64,000 bases of DNA, from NCBI RefSeq assembly GCF_009914755.1, contig NC_060928.1; one strand, 5' to 3'. The notes beneath the pieces are model-generated. The model was not told the origin of the DNA, searched no databases, and was given only the letters and a program-made list of their open reading frames with translations. Source of the DNA: the human T2T-CHM13v2.0 reference genome, Homo sapiens. Made by a program: the position numbers and the translations under genes. Shown one piece after another: positions 1-13,363 of this stretch (within the stretch, counting starts at the first letter, position 1; every line of letters starts with the position of its first letter).

Positions 1-59
1 ACATTTCAACACAGAGACTGGATCATCTATTTTCAATGAGCTGATTTTTAAAATTTGTC

Positions 60-420
60 AGAAAATATGCATGTTCAATGGGAAAAAAATCAAAGCAGAA
101 AGACAAATAATTCATAAAAATAAAATGCAAGTTGCTAAAAATAGTGATATAAATACCAAGATATATTTAATTGATCAAATTGTTCAATATTAAAAGTAAT
201 AGCATTCGGGGTTGGAAAGGATACAAACAAGCCTCCTCAGATAATATATTCCTGTTGAGAGTATAAATTGATACAATATTTTAGAGGAAATTTAACAACA
301 AAAGTAATCAAAAGCCTTAACACTTTATGTACCCTATGCCTGAGCAATGTCCTCTAAGAACTTATGGGGGAGGAAAAAATACAGAGATGGGCAAATAATT
401 TGCCTAGGGTGCTCATTCCA
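60..420 (+). mobile_element. Highly degraded old L1M (L1ME-like) 3' ORF2 remnant
   Basis: Weak similarity to the L1 motif 'gttggtgggagtgtaaattggtacaacc...gacccagcaattcc' (here gttgagagtataaattgatacaata...gcctgagcaatgtcctctaagaa). Confidence 0.4.
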
Positions 421-829
421 TTGGGCTCGAATCCTGATTTGATCTCACATGAGAAATAAGGGATATAGATTTAACTTCAACAGTAATCAAGCTATAATAT
501 TGATAGATGCTCTAGAGATGAACAAGAATATTGAAAGGTCTTATTTTGAAAATAAATTGGACTAATACTTGAGAAATTTCTGTATTGAATAACCAAATAA
601 AAGGGTGGTGAATATGTGATATAAAAGGAATAGTCAAGTACTTGGAGAACATACAATCACAGAGATAAGAGAACATTTCAGAAAGAACAGTCAACTATCT
701 CCAATCTGACAAGGAGAGTGAGGACTAAAAGATGTCCTGTCCATTCGATTTATGATATTAAAGCTATGAGAGAACTTAGCAACAACTTGTTTGTTCAGCT
801 ACTCCCAGTAAAAATATTCTTTCTTCATG

Positions 830-1173
<344 letters not shown>

Positions 1174-1329
1174 TTAACTATTTTTATTCCAAATCAATTT
1201 ATTTCCAACATAGGCCTTTTAATATTAATTTAGAGTTATAGTATGAGAGTCAATCACCATGGTTTGGAAGGGGCAATAGATGTTTCTTCATTCTGAAACA
1301 TATGGGCATCGGTGGGATTGCTCACCTAA

Positions 1330-2150
1330 AGTGTGATGTCAATACCAAACCCCTGAGCTTATCCAACCCCTCAACCCATTTTACCCAGTCTTACTCATCT
1401 CAAATAATTGAAACCCCTTTCAGTTCTTCAGGCCAAAAAAATGCCGTCATATTTCCCTCATTTATTTTGCATGGTACATCCAAAATGTCAGCAAATCCTG
1501 GAGACTCTATTTCCAAAGGTATACAGAATCTGATTTTGTATTACTCCTTACTGCTGACATTTGTTCCAAATCAGTGTCTCCTCACACCTGAATTATTGAA
1601 GTAGCCTACTAATTTTTCACCCTGCATCCACCTACCTTCCCCACACTTTGTTCTTAACTCAAGAGCCATCTCTATACATTTTAAATTAGTACTCGTTACT
1701 TCTTGGCTTAAATCTCTCTAATGATGTCTGTTCTAACAAAGAGTATTACACAGCATTCTTACAATGACCCTCATTATCTCTCTAACCTCATCTCCTTCTA
1801 CTTCCCCTCCACTCAGCTAGCTTCACTGACAGCCTTGCTGATAATGGAGCATCCCAGGATGCATCCTTCCTCAAAGACTTTGCAGAGGATTGTTCTGTTA
1901 TTTCTTGGTAACACTATACTTTCTTTACATGTTTTCTCACACCCTTCTCATTGAGACAGTCCCTGTCCACCCTACTTACCATGCTATTGTCCATCCCAGA
2001 CCCAGCTTTTCCTATTCTTTCTTCACTTTTTGTTTTCAATAAAACACCATTATCTAAAGTCCTATACCTTACCTATTTCTATATTCCTCACGCACAGAAT
2101 AGCATTGATGCACAATAGTTGCAAAATTAATATTTCATGAGTGAATGAAT
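1330..2150 (+). mobile_element. L2 (LINE-2) 3' portion
   Basis: L2 motifs 'cagcaaatcctg...ccaaaggtatacagaatctg', 'cctgaattattgaagtagcctactaa' and a terminal 'gagtgaatgaat' tail. Confidence 0.7.
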
Positions 2151-3514
2151 CAAATATCCACTGAAATATTCATCATGTTTGGCCCCAATGAAATGTCTCA
2201 TGTTGCTTTCTGCCTGTCTTCTTCCCATTCAGAGGTATTTTCTCTCCTCTCTGTTACCCTGGGAGGCAGAAATTATTCTGCTGTTTCCCACTTGTCATGG
2301 AAATTTTAGCGAGAGTCAGAGACCTGTTACTCAGCTTATACTATATGCCCATTCTTTTAATAGGGTTTTGCAATCCTTCCTCTTGCTCTTTTTGACCCTG
2401 AAAAATATGTGACGTATTGTTACTTCGATGGAGGTTTGACTTAAAAAAAAAAAATAGGATGCAGATTATTTCTTTCCAGGACTCTACAATATCGCTTCCA
2501 CTCTGGGTTTTTGCCCATATGCCCTCATTTTGAGAAAAATATTTTTTGATTCAATTTTTTCTTTTTTTCTCAAGCAAGCAAACAAGCAAACAATCTATAG
2601 TTGTCCCCATACTTCTCATCTCCCTTATTTTTCTACGCCCCATACACAACAACAACAAAATTTAAAAGCAAAACAAACACCTAATTGCTAGCTGTGCTTT
2701 TAGCCGCAAATTACATTGCAAAATTTTGTAAACTAAATTGGAGTGCATGGTCTATTTTATAGACTTCTGGGGCTTCTTTTGCCCTCAACTCAGATAAAAT
2801 TTTATATGTTATTATTTAGGTTAAAAAAAAAAAGACCATTGCAATGCTCATTCAATCAATGTCAAAAAAAAAAAAACTGGAGCCTAGGAAATGCTGTTAA
2901 AAGCCCATTTGACCCTGATGCCTAGCATGGAGTCGTCCAGCGGAATCTTTAATCTTGACTGTCCTTTGGTAAGGAGCAATTGGGAGGAACAGGGAAGAGG
3001 TTGGGTGGAGGGTGGTGAGACGGTTGTTCACAGATTACTCCTCAAGCCATGTGGAAGGCAGGAGAGAACACAGACCCAGAGAGCTAACTCAATGATCAGG
3101 CCGCATGAGGAAATGAATGAGAAATTGAGTCATATGTCATATTTACAGAACTTTCAATGAAAAGTGACTCTAAGACTGGCTTTAAAAATTGCCAGATTAG
3201 AAAACTGTCTCTGAATTTACTAAGACACTAAGTATGTTGTGGGAGAATAAATAATAGCGTGAAATTAAGGAGGTCATACCACCTTTCCCTAAACTTTGAA
3301 ATGGAACAGATTTCGCCTTAAAATGTCTCTCCTTTCATTGCATTTCTTAGGGAACATTTATTGTTTTTCTTTGATTTAGGAGTCAGGGGCCTATAATTAT
3401 TCAGCGGATTTTATGCAAATCTTACTTGCAATTTAAAATTATTTCAATTACACAAAACATATATACCACATTTAGTATCCTTTCCTATCCATTATTGTCC
3501 CTTGGCTTCCCCTC

Positions 3515-3975
3515 TTTGTCTTCCCACAAATGCAGTCACTGACACAAGAAATTCAGTGTGATTAGTTAATTGGGAATAGAGTTCAGTAAACCTTGCTAGG
3601 GGAGTAGAAAAGTGAGACAAAAGAAAGGAAACCAGAGGGGTATAGTATCAGGAAAGTTATCAACTGTGAGCAGAGGAGTACCCTGATCTCACTGACGAAT
3701 TCTAGGAGACAGCATAGACAACATTCCTCAGAATTATTCCCATGAAGGGCAAAAGAGTGAGATATTTAAATGTCACATCCTCGTCCATCACAGTTTGAGA
3801 ACTTCTTCCATAGGTGTTAATTCTAAGGCATTTATAGCTTACTTCCCTGGAACTGAGTCTGCTCCTGCAGTCAAGGAGAAGCCCCGAAGCAGGGAATTGC
3901 AGTGACTGCAGGAAACATTGGCGTGAAGGCAAGTATTGACTGACCATGGGTGAATCCCAACAATCTGCAGCTGTA
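3515..3975 (-). mobile_element. ERVL-type solo LTR (LTR33/LTR16-like)
   Basis: 'aggggagtagaaaagtgagacaaagaaagg...ggagacagcatagac...cctcagaattattccc' resembles the LTR33/LTR16 family in antisense. Confidence 0.6.
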
Positions 3976-4721
3976 TTTCGTTTACAGAATGGAATAGTAA
4001 TTTTGTTTGGCTTCATTTGCTCTATTTCACACTTACTCTGTAAACTTGCTTAGCTATTTTCTTTTTTGCTGATTTTGTATTGATTTTGTCATCTTTTAAA
4101 AAACTCTCTACACCTCCTGATGCCATTCAGAATTTCTGTAGACTATTATTCTTGATTTTACCTTTATCAGAAAATCTGTTGGAGTAGCTGGCTATACAAA
4201 CATAAGGCTTCCAATTAGAAAGAGCAATGGATTCGGGAAGGTTATCCATTTGGATTTTGTAGATTTTTCTTCCATCATTAAGCTACTACTGTCAACTCTC
4301 AGTTATAATTACATTCCATCTTAAAGCAGACTGACTGCAAAGAGCAAACCAAGCACACCATTCTAGTCTCTAAGGGAACCATTCGGATAGGGTGTAATTC
4401 ATTTGTGTAAGCATTACCATATGTTCTCACATATTGTGGATTTTAGTCTCATGCCATTTACACTGTGGACCTTTCAATAAAAGTGATAGCTGTTACTGAA
4501 GTGCTCAGTGTGTGAACTGGCTTGCAGGGATATTCTAAGGATGGTTTCTCTCACCAATATTATGAGTTAGATAACTTAGATAGAGGCTGGCAATTTAAAT
4601 TAATAAAACATTATACGTTTTTAGGTGATGGGAAAATAAGACATGGTAGGAGAATATTTCTGAAGTTGAAAGAATTCTTTTTTCCAGTAAGCCTTTTGCA
4701 CTCCTATGAAATAATTTAAAC

Positions 4722-5254
4722 AGTGGCCGCTAACCTTTTTGGAATCAGGGACCAGTTTTGTGGAAGACAAATTTTCCACAGACCAGTGGGGAGGGGGAAT
4801 TGTTTAGGGATGATTCAAGAACATATATTTATTGTGCATTTTATTTGTATTATTACATTGTAATATATCATGAAATAATTATACAACTCACCATAATGTA
4901 GAATCACTGGGAGCCCTGAATTCGTTTTCCTGCAACTAAGCAGTCCCATCTGGGGGTGATAGGAGACAGTGACAGATCATCAGGCATTAGATTTTCAAAA
5001 GGAGAGCACAACCTAGATCCCTCACATGCGTAGTTCACAATAAGGTTTGCACTTCTGTGAGAATCTAATGCTGCCACTGATCTGACAGGAGGCAGAGCAC
5101 AAGCAATCAAGCCGTAATGCAAGTGATGGGGAGCAACTGTAAATACAGATGAAGCTTCCCTGGCTCACCAGCCACTCACCTCCTGCTGTGTGGCCCAGTT
5201 CCTAACAGGCCAGGGATCAGTACCGATCCATGGTCCAGGTGTTGAGGACCCCTG
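4722..5254 (+). mobile_element. MER1A hAT-Charlie non-autonomous DNA transposon
   Basis: Typical body (aacctttttgg...gtggaagacaa...gaatctaatgctgccactgatctgacaggagg...), terminus gacccctg, 8-bp TSD atttaaac at 4714-4721 and 5255-5262 fitting the Charlie-type target. Confidence 0.9.
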
Positions 5255-6020
5255 ATTTAAACAACTAAAAAATCTACCCCAGTAAATCATAGCTAAGCAA
5301 GAGTAAGAGGAAAAGATTGATGCTCAAGACAATAAATTCCAGTCCAATTTGATCTCTCTTTTTTCTTAACAAAGTGTTGACGTATACAAGTATGTGAACA
5401 TGTGCAGTTATCAGAAAAAAGGAAAACATACTGAAACAAATTTAATAAATTAAAAGTAGATGACTTTCATGTTGATATTTTAAATCAAATTTATAGAGGT
5501 ATAATCTATATACAAGTTGTATCTAATTTGACAGTACAATTCTGTGAGTGATCACAGATGTTATATGGATAACTATCACCTCAAATTCTTAGATATAAGA
5601 TCCCTTATGGCCATTGGAAGTCAGTACAGCATTTCTTATCAGCCCATCTGATTTCTGTCACTAGAATCAGGTCTGATTTCTACTGGTATAATATTTTTTG
5701 GCTAATTCTTGAACTACATGTAGGAGGAATTATAATATTGTACCTTTTGTGTCTCACTCGTTTTGCTCAGCATGTTTTAAGATTCATTCCTGTGACTGTA
5801 TCAGAAGTATATGTATTTGTATTGCTGAATAGTACTCTATTTCATTAGAAAATCAGTTTATTTGAGCTATTTCTAGTTTTGGGGTAGCATAAATACAGCT
5901 TCTATGAATATTCCGACTGTATGTCTGTTTGTGGATATATATTTTCATCTTTTGTAGCTAAATTCCTAGGAGTGGAATTGATGGATCATATGGTGAACGC
6001 TTTAAGAAACTGCCAAATTC

Positions 6021-6092
6021 CAGAGGTTGCAGTGAGCCAAGAACATGCACTGTACTCCAGCCTGGGCAACAGAGTGAGGCTCCAGCTCAAAA

Positions 6093-6135
<43 letters not shown>

Positions 6136-6137
6136 AA
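6021..6137 (+). mobile_element. 5'-truncated Alu (last ~68 bp of right arm) with (TAAA)n tail
   Basis: cagaggttgcagtgagccaaga...ctccagcctgggcaacagagtgag then (aaat)n; imperfect TSD aagaaactgccaaattc / aaaaccctgccaaactc. Confidence 0.9.
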
Positions 6138-7075
6138 ACCCTGCCAAACTCTTTCAGTATAGTTGTACCATATTATAATCCTACCAGACAAGGATGAGGA
6201 TTTCACCTACTCCACTTCATCATTTCCATCATCAGTGATGTTAACTTTAGTCATTGCAGTGGTTATAAAGTGAAAACTCATTTTTGTTTTTATTTTTATT
6301 TCCATGGTAAATATAATTCTGGGCATTTTTTTGCATGTGCACTGATCACTTGTTTAATTTCTTTGTTAATTTTCTATTAGAAAATGTGTCTTTTGTTTCT
6401 TTCTTTATTGACCTCATAACCTGCAAATGGTAAAATTTTCTTTTTCATTCAGTTTTTTTAGATTTGAAAACATTTTCTTTAAAAACATCATGTCATCTGT
6501 GAATAATAACAGAAGTATTTTCTACTTTCTAATCTGTAGGCGTTTTAAAAATTTTCTCTGCCTTATTGCACTGATCAAGACATTGAGTGAAATATTGAAT
6601 AAAAATGGTGAGGGAATATCTTGCGTTGTTCCCAGTATTAGGAAGAAAATATTGTGTTTCATTATTATTTTTATATGAACCACAGGCTTATTATAAATGG
6701 CTTTGTCAAAGTTCTATTGCTAATTTTCCAAGGATATTTATTATCAATAAGTACTCAATTTTGTTCAACTAATTTTTTTCATCTCTTAATAATCATAATA
6801 GTTCTTCTTTTAGTACATTAAGTGATTTTTTCCTAGTACTTTGAAGATGTCCCTGCATTGTCCTCTAGCTTTCATATTTTTTAAAATAAATATCTGCTAT
6901 AATTCTTATATATTTTTTCTTTTTGTGGATTATGTCTCTTTTCTCTGGTTGCCTTAAAGATTGTTTACCTTTGGTGTCCAGCAGTTTGATGAGGATGTAT
7001 ACAGGTGTATTTACTTATTTATCCAGGTAGGTGTTCTTTGAGATCTTTTGATCTGTAATTTAATTTCTTTTATAC

Positions 7076-7488
7076 TGATATAGTTTGGATATTTGTCACA
7101 CCAAATTTCATGTTGAAATTGATCCCCAGTGTTGGAAGAGGGACTGGGTGGGTGGTGTTTGAGTCATGGGGGCAGATACCTTATGAATTTCTTGGTTCCA
7201 CCCTTACAATAATGAGTGAGTTCTTGCTCTGTTACAAGGAGAGCTGACTCTTTAAAAAGCCTGCCATCGCCTCCCTCCTCTCTCTTACTCCCTGTCTCAG
7301 CATGTGACACAGCTGCTCCCCGTTTGCCTTCTACCATGAGTAAAAGCTTTCTGAGGCCTCACCAGAAGCAGGTGCTGGTGCCATGCTTTTTGACAGCCTG
7401 CAGAACCATAAGTAAAATAAACCTCTTTTCTGTATAAATTACCCAGCCTCAGGTATTTCTTTATAGAAATTCAGAATGAACTAATACA
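7076..7488 (+). mobile_element. MaLR solo LTR, MSTB/MSTA-like
   Basis: tgatatagtttggat start, aataaacctctttt...aaattacccagcctcagg...aactaataca end, near-match 5-bp TSD tatac/catac. Confidence 0.9.
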
Positions 7489-9177
7489 CATACTGTTTTG
7501 CAACCATTATCTTTTCAAATTTTTTTCCTTGAGTTTTCACTTTCTCTGTTTTTCTAAACTCCTCTGGGACTCCAATTATATGCATTTTGGACTAGTTGAC
7601 ATTGTCAGTATTTCCCTACAGTTTTTAGAAGCTCAATTCTGGTTTTTGTTTGTTTTTGTTGGCATGTTTGTTTGCTTGTTTTCTTTTTTTTTTTTTTTTG
7701 CTCTTTTATTTCAGTTTGAATGATTTTATTGACCCATGTTCAATTTCATTGATTCTTCCTTCAGCTGTATAGAGTCTATTAATGAGACTCAAAAACTTTC
7801 TATCTCTGATATTGTGTTTTATATTTCCAGCATTTTCCCTTGATTCTTGCTGCTGAAATTTCTCATTTCATGCATATTTTCTATCTTCTCCATAAGAGTC
7901 TTTCACATATTAATCATAGTTGTTATAAAATCCTTATCTGATCATTTCCAAATCTGGGCCATCATGTGCCTGATTCTGTTGATTGCTTTATTTCTAAGCA
8001 ACAGACCATCGTTTTCTTCATGTTGTTGTTTTTGCTGTTGTTTTTAGATGTGTCCAAAAGTTTTGGATCAAACGCCATATATGGTATCTACAGTAAAGGT
8101 AAAATGCATTATAACTAAAAATAGCAATGCTTCTGCTTTTGGGTCAATATTGTAGGGAGTTAGGATTTGAACTGGCTTTGAATTTTGTTCATGCTGTGGT
8201 TACCATCAGTCCACCACAAGCTTCAAATTTCTCTAGCATTTGGTCACTGTTGCCTGTGCTCAGGATGGGCACCCTTCAATCTGGATGCTGTAGGATATTC
8301 TTGGTTCCCTTTCAGTTTTCAGCTAACCTATGCTTGTGCTGCAGAATAGATATTTCTCCACATCCTTGCCCCAGCCCACGATGGCTACATAATTTGCAGA
8401 GACCTGTTTTTAAAAAGAAGGAGGGAAAGTGCCTAAGTAGTAAATGTTTGATTGTTACTCAGTACTAGGCTCATGGTGAGAGAAGATTCTCTAGTGTTCT
8501 GGTCCAGCCTCAGTCTTAGGCCCGCTGTGGGCATCTGGGCCTAAAAGTGGGACTTTCTCTACCCCTGCTTTCTTTTGCAGCCAAGCATTGCTGTGTATCT
8601 GTGGTTAGATTAGATGGAAGTTTTTCATTACTTTTCCCGTGGTAGTAGACCTCTGCTGAGTTTTGTAGATTGATATTGTTGGTTGCTCTTACCTTTATTC
8701 TTTCTTGTCTTCTTTTATTTTTACTCATGTTGGGTTTATTTACTCTTTCTTTTCTACCTTCTAGAGAGGAAAACAGTGATCATTGATTTTTAAAGTTTCT
8801 CATTTGGTAATATAGACATTCAAAATATGTAAATTTGCCCTACATACTGATTAAATTTTCAATGGACATATACTCAAATTTTTAAATATTACATATTAAT
8901 TAGTGTTCCATTTAAAATATCTGATTTCTCTTTTCATACATGTCTTCTTTGACTGAAATTGTGCTAGTTGACTTCCCTATACTTTGGAATTTTTCTAGAT
9001 AAACTTTTTATTGATTTATAATTTAATTACACTGTGTTCAAGAACCTAATCTGTAAGATTTCAAGGTTACAAATTAGCTGAGAATTATTTTAGGGCACAA
9101 CAAACATTTGGTCTACATTGGAGAACATTCTATGTGGGAAAAAATATGTTTTATTTGTGTGCAAAATATCTCTCAAT

Positions 9178-9830
9178 CAGGGCTGTCTACAGAATTTTTA
9201 GGGCCTAATAAAAATAAAAATGCAAAACTCCTTATTCAAAAGGAAGGTATCACACACTGGGGCCTGTTGTGGGGTGGGGGGAGTGGGGAGAGATAGCATT
9301 AGGAGATATACCCAATGTAAATGATGAGTTAATGGGTGCAGCGCACCAACATGGCACATGTATACATATGTAACAAACCTGCACGTTGTGCACATGTACC
9401 CTAGAACTTAAAGTATAATACAAATATATATATTAAAAAAGAAAAGTACCATGAAAGTGCTAATATATAAAGTTTCTTTCTTTTGGGAAAGAAAGACCTG
9501 TCATGATTTGTTTTGTTGTTGTTGTTGTTTTCACTATGCCCTTTCCTATGAAATTATGGGATGCATATGTCTAACTCTCCACCTTTGTCCAGGTACTCGG
9601 CAAGGGCAAAGAGAGACAACTGATGCTTGGGAGGTGCAGGGAGAAAGGGAGATTAAGTAGGACTGGGGCACCAAAGCTGGGGAAATAGATGGCTGGGAAC
9701 CTATTCCATAGGGGCAGACAAATGGCAGGAAGTGGGACCAAGTGAAAGATAAGGCTCCAAACCCTGATGTATGTTTCATTGTCCTATTGGACTTCACTTA
9801 AAAATGCACAAATTCAAATGTAAAAATATT
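9178..9830 (+). mobile_element. MER45B-like hAT-Tip100 DNA transposon, split by an L1PA 3' fragment
   Basis: cagggctg...aaaatgcaaaactcccttattcaaaa start and 'ggacttcacttaaaaatgcacaaattcaaa' resemble the MER45 family. Confidence 0.6.
9249..9440 (+). mobile_element. Very short 5'-truncated L1PA (L1PA4-6-like) 3'UTR
   Basis: atcacacactggggcctgttgtggggtgggg...gtaccctagaacttaaagtataata plus a degenerate A tail. Confidence 0.92.
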
Positions 9831-11234
9831 TTTCTCTTTGGCCAAGACTATAATATACAGATTTCATATATTCAATTTAAAGGGTACTTAATGTCAATTA
9901 TTGAAATAAGTTTGGCATTATAGGAAGGATAAAATTAAAGACAAGTTTGTCTATATTCTGGCTGGATTAGAATGGTGTGGGATCTAATGTATGTTGTTAA
10001 TGTTGTTTTGAATTGCTTGATAGTTTTATTTTGTTTTGCTTAACCCTTTAAATATAGTAGCTTGTAAGATCTCTTATAAGATCTATAAGAACTTTTGCAA
10101 ATGCTGTATTTACATAGTTTTTTAACCTGGTTACTTTTTCTCAAAAATTCTTTGATCTCAATGAAATTTTTACAATAACTTCTTTATTATTTTTCAGTAA
10201 TAAATGCATTATTAATGAAAAATAAAGTTGAAAGTATAAAGTGCTCAGATACAGAATCAGTTAAGTCTCTCTTTTTCATTGGTCTATGTCAAAATCATGT
10301 CACTTACTATTATGAGTTATGTAACTAATTAAGTTCTGCCAACTTAAAGTAGACTTTTGTTTCCTAGGACATTAATTACATTTCTCATTGTTTAGAATTC
10401 CAAAAATGCAATAGTGTTTACTCTGTCCCCAATTACCTATTTTAATAATGTATTCAACTATTCTTTATGTTCAATATTTTATATAGTAGCAAAACAATAC
10501 AAATTCTCATCCTTTAATTTCAAGATAAATTTATTTTAAAAGTGTTGTGATTTTTTATGCCTTTGCTCAATTGTGAAACCACCACAAAAGTTGTTTCAGA
10601 AGCTTCTAGATAAAAAAAGTTTAACCTTTCTGGAAAATATTAGCTATCTCTGCCTTCTAGGTCGGGATCTTTATTACATGTTTTCTGAATTCTTCTAATT
10701 CTCTAGAAAATTTCTCATATTCTTCCTTTCTATGCTCGTGCTTGTTTATTTAAAAATTTTAAGGAGCTTCTGATTGTTTGCATCATTGTTCTTACATCAG
10801 AACTTCTCATTTTACAATATGTCTTCAATGTTGACAGTGTAAGATTCCAGGAAGTCCTGGGGAAATATTTTGACTCTGTTACAATCATCTTTAATTTTCA
10901 AGCCTTTTGGAATCTTAAATTCATTTCTCCTCTGTCAAAATGCATTCATCCTGGGTAAAGATTGTCGTTTTGCTTGCCTGTAATCATCCTCATGGCAGAC
11001 ACAATAAAGATGTTGCTGACATCAATAGGATTAGGCAAAGAACTCAAACTTGTCAAGATACTTCATGTTTGGTATTTGGCTCTCACTTTTATAAACTTAA
11101 ATAGGCTCACTATATGCTGGATGGATTTGCGATTGTCCAAAAGGAATGATTATATGTGCTTAATCAGAATTTCCAAAAAAAAAAAAAGCAACAACAAAAA
11201 AACCTTCTACAAATCCAGATGATTCTGTAGTAGT

Positions 11235-11238
<4 letters not shown>

Positions 11239-11284
<46 letters not shown>
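11239..11284. repeat. (CA)23 microsatellite
   Basis: Uninterrupted CA run read directly. Confidence 0.97.
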
Positions 11285-11285
<1 letters not shown>

Positions 11286-11893
11286 CCCCCCACAGCTGTA
11301 AGTCATATTTTCAAATTTGATTGCAGCCAATATTGGAATTTAAATGGGTCCATGTAATTAAAGTTTTCATTGATTTGATTCTCTTGTGAAGCTCCTTAAC
11401 ATTGAACAAGCCTTTCAGGTGGTTCTATATCTTAGGCATATGGAACACAGCCTCTACCACAAAAAGGGGAAATGAACTAGATTAGTATTCAGTATAGGTG
11501 AATCGGATAGAAATTCTAGCCCTTTATAAGAAACAGTTATCAGAACATATGGTACTCTTTTTATTCACCAGGCCTTTTTCGGGGAAGGTAACATTGCATG
11601 AGGTTCTCTCTTCTAGTTCATTGGAAATGATTTTATTACCCCAAATAGAAAGATACTTACTGACTAATCTGTGCCAAATGCATACCAGCAGGAAGTCAAT
11701 TGAATGTGGTTTAATAAAAGCCAATAAAGGCTGCTGCTGCTTCATCAAATAAGCACATAGTATTTTTAGAATAAAAAGTATTCTGAGTTATTCAGAATAT
11801 TCATGTTAAACTCAATTTTAGAAGAATTAAATTTTAAAAATAGTGATTCCAAAGTAACTATTATGTGTATAAAATAGATTAAAGAAAATTAGT

Positions 11894-12232
11894 AGGATTT
11901 TTGCATCTATGTCTATCAGAGATGTTAGCCTGAAATTTTTCTTGTACTACCCTTGTCTGTCTTGGGTATCAGGATAATGGTGACCTTGTGAAATTAATTT
12001 ATAAGTATTCTCTTCTCTTCCATTTCCTGAGTTTGATAAGGTATTGTATTGCTTCATAAAATGTTTGGTGGAATTCAGCTATAATGCCATCTCACGTCTG
12101 GGGTTTTCCTTTGATGAGAGATTTTTATTATTGATTTAATTTCCTTACTCATTTTTGGTCAGTTCGGATTTTCTATTTCTTCATAATTCTGTCTTGGTAA
12201 GTTTTATGCTTCTAGGAATTTATTCGTTTCTT
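11894..12232 (-). mobile_element. Old L1 ORF2 (RT-start region) fragment, antisense
   Basis: aggatttttgcatctatg...ggtatcaggataatg...ctaggaatttattc matches antisense L1 ORF2 around the LMNIDAKIL region. Confidence 0.85.
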
Positions 12233-13095
12233 TCAAAACAAGACATACAAATTACCAGCAGATATAAGAACAGGTGCTCAACGTCAGTAATCATTAGGGA
12301 AACGTAAATCAAACCCACAATGTGACATCATCTCATAACTGTTAGGATTATTGTACCCAAAAAGATAAGAGATAACAAGTATTGACAAGACTGTAGAAAA
12401 AAAAAGAAAATCTTGGTAGTTATGGTAGTTCCAGTTTTAAATTTGGGGAACCTTCATACTATTTTTCATAATGGCTGTGTAAGAAGGTAAGTTAGCATAG
12501 CCATTGTGAAAAACAGTATGAAGGTTCCTCAACTTTAAAAACAGAACTACCATATCATCCAGCAATTCAACTAGTGGGCATACATTCAAATAAAATGAAA
12601 TTAGTACATCAAAGAGGTATCTGCAGGCCCATGGTTATTGCAGCATTATTCACAACAGTCAAGATGTGGGATCAACTTGTATCAATCAACAGCTGAAGGG
12701 GCAAAGAAAGTGTGGTGCACACACAATGAAATATATTCAGACTTGAAAAAGAAGGAAATCCTGTCATTTGTGACAACATAGATAAACCTGGAAGGACATT
12801 AGGCTAAGTAAAATAAGTCCAGCACAAAAAGACAAATCCTGCATCATCTCACTTGTATATGGAATCTAAGGAAGTCAAATTCACAGAAGTAGGGGATAGA
12901 ATGCTGGTTTCCAGAGGCTGGGCTGGAAAGAGAGGAAAGTTGTTTCATGGGTGTAAAGTTTCAATTTTGCAAGGTGAAAAGGTTTTGGAGATCTATTGCA
13001 AAACAAGGCAAAGATACTTAGGACTACTGAACTTACACTTAAAAACAGATGCTAAAATTTATGTTTTTATGATAATTCAATTAAAAATAAAAGTA
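12233..13095 (+). mobile_element. L1MA/L1MB 3' end (ORF2 C-terminus plus 3'UTR)
   Basis: aagacatacaa...gtgctcaacgtcagtaatcattagggaaa...gaaggaaatcctgtcatttgtgacaaca...tacacttaaaaa and A-rich end. Confidence 0.88.
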
Positions 13096-13363
13096 AATGC
13101 TTTATTACACTATTTTCAAAACTTTTGTTAACTGAAAAAAGATTCATTCAGAAATATCTTGTTCTTATCGATGTTCTATTTTGTTACTAAATTGAATCTA
13201 ACAATGTAATAATTAATGAAAAGCTTCCTTAGTTATGAAAATATGTAGGATGTGCTATATATTCAACAAAGTATTTTTCCCAAAATAAAATCTCATCATG
13301 AAAATTTGTTTACTGAAGTGCTGCAAATAGATTTTAAAATTGTAAAAATGCATTCTCTAGGGA

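Larger units (their letters stand above)
5478..9160 (-). mobile_element. Mosaic of degraded old L1M fragments (3'UTR, ORF2, ORF1/5' region), interrupted by an Alu fragment and an MST LTR
   Basis: Antisense L1 motifs such as 'cctaggagtggaattg..ggatcatatggt', 'catcatgtcatctgtgaata', 'ctctgggactccaattata..cattttgg'; T-rich + strand. Confidence 0.7.

Noticed and set aside
134-145. MEF2-like ctaaaaatag motif (also at ~8114)
   Set aside because: Isolated AT-rich 10-mers are expected by chance here, and both lie in old L1 remnants.
2891-3160. 89-aa ATG-initiated ORF in GC-richer unique DNA
   Set aside because: No recognisable domain or convincing exon boundaries, and the length is within chance expectation.
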